From a virus: a stretch of 33,614 bases of DNA. Under the pieces are notes generated by a model, which was given only the letters and a program-made list of their open reading frames with translations, searched no databases and had not been told where the DNA came from. Positions 31,008 to 33,614 of the stretch are shown piece by piece. Position numbers and translations under genes: made by a program. Location of the stretch: IMG/VR virus record IMGVR_UViG_3300045988_133854, positions 1-33,614 of that record; one strand, 5' to 3'. Positions within the stretch are counted from its first letter, which is position 1; each line of letters starts with the position of its first letter.

Positions 31008-31238
31008 TAATTTCTATCAAAGAGTCCCCAGCGCCTCCCGGCGGGGAGGACAGAAACAAAATAAAACCAAGAGTAACACCGCCCCGATTATGGCCGGGGC
31101 GCGGCCATGATCCGTCAGTCAAGGATCTCCCAGTCCTCCAGAAGGATATCCGATTGTGACGCAAGCCATCCTGTCAGCACAGCCTTCCTTCCCGCCGAGT
31201 CATGGGTGAACATGCAGATGGTGCCAAGCGCGGGAATC

Positions 31239-31658
31239 TCACCGCCTCACGCCTCCGAGCCTGTCAGCCCACCGCTCCGTCCAGAAGTGGGTGTAAGGCT
31301 TATACTTTTTCTTCCCGCAAAGGTCGTAGTGGACGGCGGCGTGGCAGAGTGACTGCAAGCCTATCAGCGGAATGTACAAAGGCCCGAGCATCCTCGACTG
31401 CCTGACGTGGCCGAACTCGTGATCCACAGTGTCGTGGCTCGCGAACCAGTTCAGCACGACGAACTCGCCGAGAGCCAAGGCCTTTCCGCTCCCGATCGAG
31501 GATGTCCGCAGATACCTGACCCCGCGGATGAGCTGACGGCTTGATTTCCCCATCGCCTTCCTATCGTAATACATCCACACCGCCTGCCCGGCGATGTTCT
31601 GCGGCAGCTGCCACGCCCACAGAAGAACGTAGGCCGCTTTCTTTAGTAAATCTCTCAT
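31239..31658 (-). CDS. HExxH-motif protein, putative Zn-metallopeptidase (139 aa)
   Basis: 'HDTVDHEFGHVRQSRMLGPLY' with a hydrophobic N-terminus 'AAYVLLWAWQLPQNIAG'. Confidence 0.55.
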   Translation of the reverse strand: MRDLLKKAAYVLLWAWQLPQNIAGQAVWMYYDRKAMGKSSRQLIRGVRYLRTSSIGSGKALALGEFVVLNWFASHDTVDHEFGHVRQSRMLGPLYIPLIGLQSLCHAAVHYDLCGKKKYKPYTHFWTERWADRLGGVRR

Positions 31659-31711
31659 AATCCGTCAATATTTTAGCGTCAAACGCAAATTAATTGTCAA
31701 AAACCGACAAG

Positions 31712-32146
31712 TCAGAGCCTTTGTCCCTTGTACCGCCTGTTGTAGAGCAGTTGCCGCCGCTGCGGCCCTCCCCTGCGATGGCTGATGTGTACGAAATCAG
31801 GATAGAGGATCATCTGGTCTACCTCCCTCCAGATATCCGGCGTGTCCCTGACAACCTTCGCCAGCAGGTATGGGGCAGCCGCGGCTATGTCCGCCGCCTC
31901 CCCCTTGACGTGCTGCGAGGTGGCCACCCCTCCCACCGCCCTGTTGAGATCCGGGCATCGGTAGCCGCTGTTGATCCGCAGCGGATGCCCAACCCTGTCA
32001 CGGAGCGGCTGGAGAACCGTATCCACAAGCTCCTTCACCGCGTCGCGCACCGCCGCTGTCGTTATCACGTTGCAGATGCCCCCGCGCTCCGCCGTCTGCG
32101 AGGCCTCGAACTCGCGGTAACTGAAATCCTTACTGATTGTCCCCAT
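31712..32146 (-). CDS. Endolysin, peptidase M15 (D-Ala-D-Ala / L-Ala-D-Glu peptidase fold, 144 aa)
   Basis: 'INSGYRCPDLNRAVGGVATSQHVKGEAADI' and 'FVHISH' zinc ligand pattern. Overlaps the holin gene by 17 nt. Confidence 0.88.
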   Translation of the reverse strand: MGTISKDFSYREFEASQTAERGGICNVITTAAVRDAVKELVDTVLQPLRDRVGHPLRINSGYRCPDLNRAVGGVATSQHVKGEAADIAAAAPYLLAKVVRDTPDIWREVDQMILYPDFVHISHRRGGPQRRQLLYNRRYKGQRL

Positions 32147-32669
32147 CGTCTTTTGCCTCCTTTTTGTTTTCCCATTCTCCTTTCTCGATGCTGACCGCCC
32201 CTTCGATGTTCGCCCCTGTCTTTGCCTGGACGACGGCCTCGATGACCTTCGCCGCGTCCACCTTCACCTTCGCCTTGTGGCCGAACTTCCAGAAGTACCA
32301 GTTCTGAGCGATGGAGATCAGCTCCACGCCGATGACCACGAGCATCAGCCCCGTCTCGATGATGGTGTAGCCCGTCGCCACGGCGAGGCTGGAGGCCAGC
32401 ACCGCCCAGCAGAAGTACTCCACCGCCTTTCCTATCGTGCGCCTTATTGCCCGGCTTATCCTGATCCGGTCGCCCTTGCGCCGGGCGGCCCTGATGCCGA
32501 ACACGAGGTCGATCAGGATGACCACGGCGGCGATGACGAGGTATGGTAGCATCCTCTCGAATGATTGCTGGAAAAACAACAACAAAGTGGCCGATATGCC
32601 CGTGCCGACCACGACACTCCCCGCGGAAGCCTCGTCCGAGAGGATGTGGGCGTTGAAACCGTCCGTCAT
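32130..32669 (-). CDS. Holin (phage_holin_4-like, 179 aa)
   Basis: Three to four TM helices. 'VILIDLVFGIRAARRKGDRIRISRAIRRTIGKAVEY' resembles the LL-H-type holin core. Lies immediately upstream of the endolysin. Confidence 0.72.
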   Translation of the reverse strand: MTDGFNAHILSDEASAGSVVVGTGISATLLLFFQQSFERMLPYLVIAAVVILIDLVFGIRAARRKGDRIRISRAIRRTIGKAVEYFCWAVLASSLAVATGYTIIETGLMLVVIGVELISIAQNWYFWKFGHKAKVKVDAAKVIEAVVQAKTGANIEGAVSIEKGEWENKKEAKDDGDNQ

Positions 32670-33256
32670 GCTCCACCCTCCTTCTCCGCCGATTCGACAT
32701 ACAGCCCCACGAGCGCGGCCAGGTCGTGCGAGAGCGCCTGCCCGCTGTCCCTCGTGCAGCGGTATAGAACACCGCCCTGCGTGTAGTACTTTCCTTTGAA
32801 TATCTCCATCGGCGGCGTGTACGATATCGGGTCGCTCTTGGTCCCCGACGGCTCGACCTCGATGACCTCGTAGAGCGCGGCTGTTGCCATCGATGGCTCC
32901 TGTCCCTTCAGCACGGCGGCCACGTCCTGCCTTACGCGCCAGAGATTGCCGCTATGCGACACCACCTGTCCCTTGGCCAGCGACCCGCCGATGTATGTGT
33001 CCCATGAATATGCCAGCAGAGGTCTTTTCAGCGCCTCCTCGTCGGTGATGTCTGTGCGCTTGTTGTAGCGCTCAAGCAGCAGCTCCCTTAGCTCATCGTC
33101 GATGGTCGGCTGTGGTTCCTCTGGCTCCGGCGGCGTGTAAGGCTGCCAGCCGTCCGCAAGCAGCATGTCATGTGTCGGGTTGACTATTTTATACCCGTTC
33201 CGGGAGATAATGATCCGCGATCCGTCGCGGATGATGCCGTCTTTTGTGTAGATCAT
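32666..33256 (-). CDS. Hypothetical tail-distal protein (196 aa)
   Basis: ATGA overlaps on both sides. Pro/Glu linker 'PPEPEEPQP'. The two halves each carry a G..V...G.LWR / G.YY..GGVLYR-type motif. Confidence 0.6.
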   Translation of the reverse strand: MIYTKDGIIRDGSRIIISRNGYKIVNPTHDMLLADGWQPYTPPEPEEPQPTIDDELRELLLERYNKRTDITDEEALKRPLLAYSWDTYIGGSLAKGQVVSHSGNLWRVRQDVAAVLKGQEPSMATAALYEVIEVEPSGTKSDPISYTPPMEIFKGKYYTQGGVLYRCTRDSGQALSHDLAALVGLYVESAEKEGGA

Positions 33257-33564
33257 ACTTGTTCTATTGTGAAGTCATTGTCAATGTCAAAGCCCTCAAA
33301 ACGGGCTGTATGGTAATGTACCTTAGAATTTGTCAGGAATTGGCTCTGCTCTATGCCTGCATATAATGGTTTAATCATAATATTTATAGGCGTGGTTCCT
33401 CTATCGCTAAAGAGTGTAACCTTGACGTTTGTATTATTTTCAATTCCATTAATTGCTGTTATATGAATTATAAAGGTTCTCCCATTACGGGAGAATCTTA
33501 TCTTTTCTATATAATCAGAGTCCAGCGAATTCGTCGCGGATGTCAATCGCCTTCTTTGTAGCAT
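33253..33564 (-). CDS. Hypothetical beta-rich protein (103 aa) encoded in an AT-rich island
   Basis: The ATG at 33564 corresponds to position 91 of the repeated end. Composition differs strongly from the flanking genes. Confidence 0.55.
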   Translation of the reverse strand: MLQRRRLTSATNSLDSDYIEKIRFSRNGRTFIIHITAINGIENNTNVKVTLFSDRGTTPINIMIKPLYAGIEQSQFLTNSKVHYHTARFEGFDIDNDFTIEQV

Positions 33565-33614
33565 AGTTTTGGATGTTATTCGGTTGTCGTTACGGCGGCG
33601 AAGTTCCGCCCCAC
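33474..33614. repeat. Terminal overlap, copy 2 (identical to 1-141)
   Basis: Same 141 nt as the window start. Confidence 0.95.

Noticed and set aside
30802-31164. 120-aa minus-strand ORF reading the 10-bp repeat in another frame.
   Set aside because: It has only a TTG start, a low-complexity translation, and it overlaps the well-formed signal-anchor ORF. It is mentioned only as the frame that a one-unit repeat loss would join.
32065-32772. 235-aa minus-strand ORF overlapping the holin gene.
   Set aside because: The translation is Arg/Gly/His-rich low-complexity sequence in an alternative frame of a gene with a convincing multi-TM holin translation.

Overview
The window is one circularly closed temperate phage genome. 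Bases 1-141 repeat exactly at 33474-33614, so the unique sequence is 33,473 bp. Nearly all genes are on the minus strand in classical siphovirus order. Reading down the minus strand: Cro-like and Xis-like early genes (23668->23226); a replication module (22846->21219); a 477-bp GC-rich non-coding island with two tRNA-shaped elements (21001->20525); small early/middle genes including an N6-adenine methyltransferase and a RuvC-like resolvase. Then HNH, TerS(P27), TerL, portal, protease and HK97-type capsid (15852->9784); then head-tail connectors, major tail protein, a G/GT chaperone pair with a -1 frameshift site, tape measure, a collagen-repeat tail fibre and BACON/Ig-like proteins (9778->103). 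Across the circle junction come holin and M15 endolysin (32669->31712) and a ~4.7 kb accessory region (31658->26481). The plus strand carries only the lysogeny block: CI-like repressor, two small genes, attP (a partial tRNA-Gly(CCC)-like segment flanked by paired AATTCGGGACT repeats) and a tyrosine integrase. BACON domains, a DUF5053-like gene, a 'LAWLLTGTG' repressor, TAnnTTTG promoter boxes and the near absence of Shine-Dalgarno motifs point to a Bacteroidota host. The genome is visibly GC-rich (roughly 60% by eye, not computed). The least explained content is: (1) the tRNA-like non-coding island; (2) a replication initiator split across an iteron/G-tract/AT-rich ori-like segment; (3) an acr/aca-like three-gene operon; (4) a six-gene Cys-rich/membrane-protein operon; (5) a 10-bp tandem repeat sitting on a start codon; (6) three 30-bp dyad repeats inside the tail module. 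All protein-family calls come from motif recognition by eye, not from searches.
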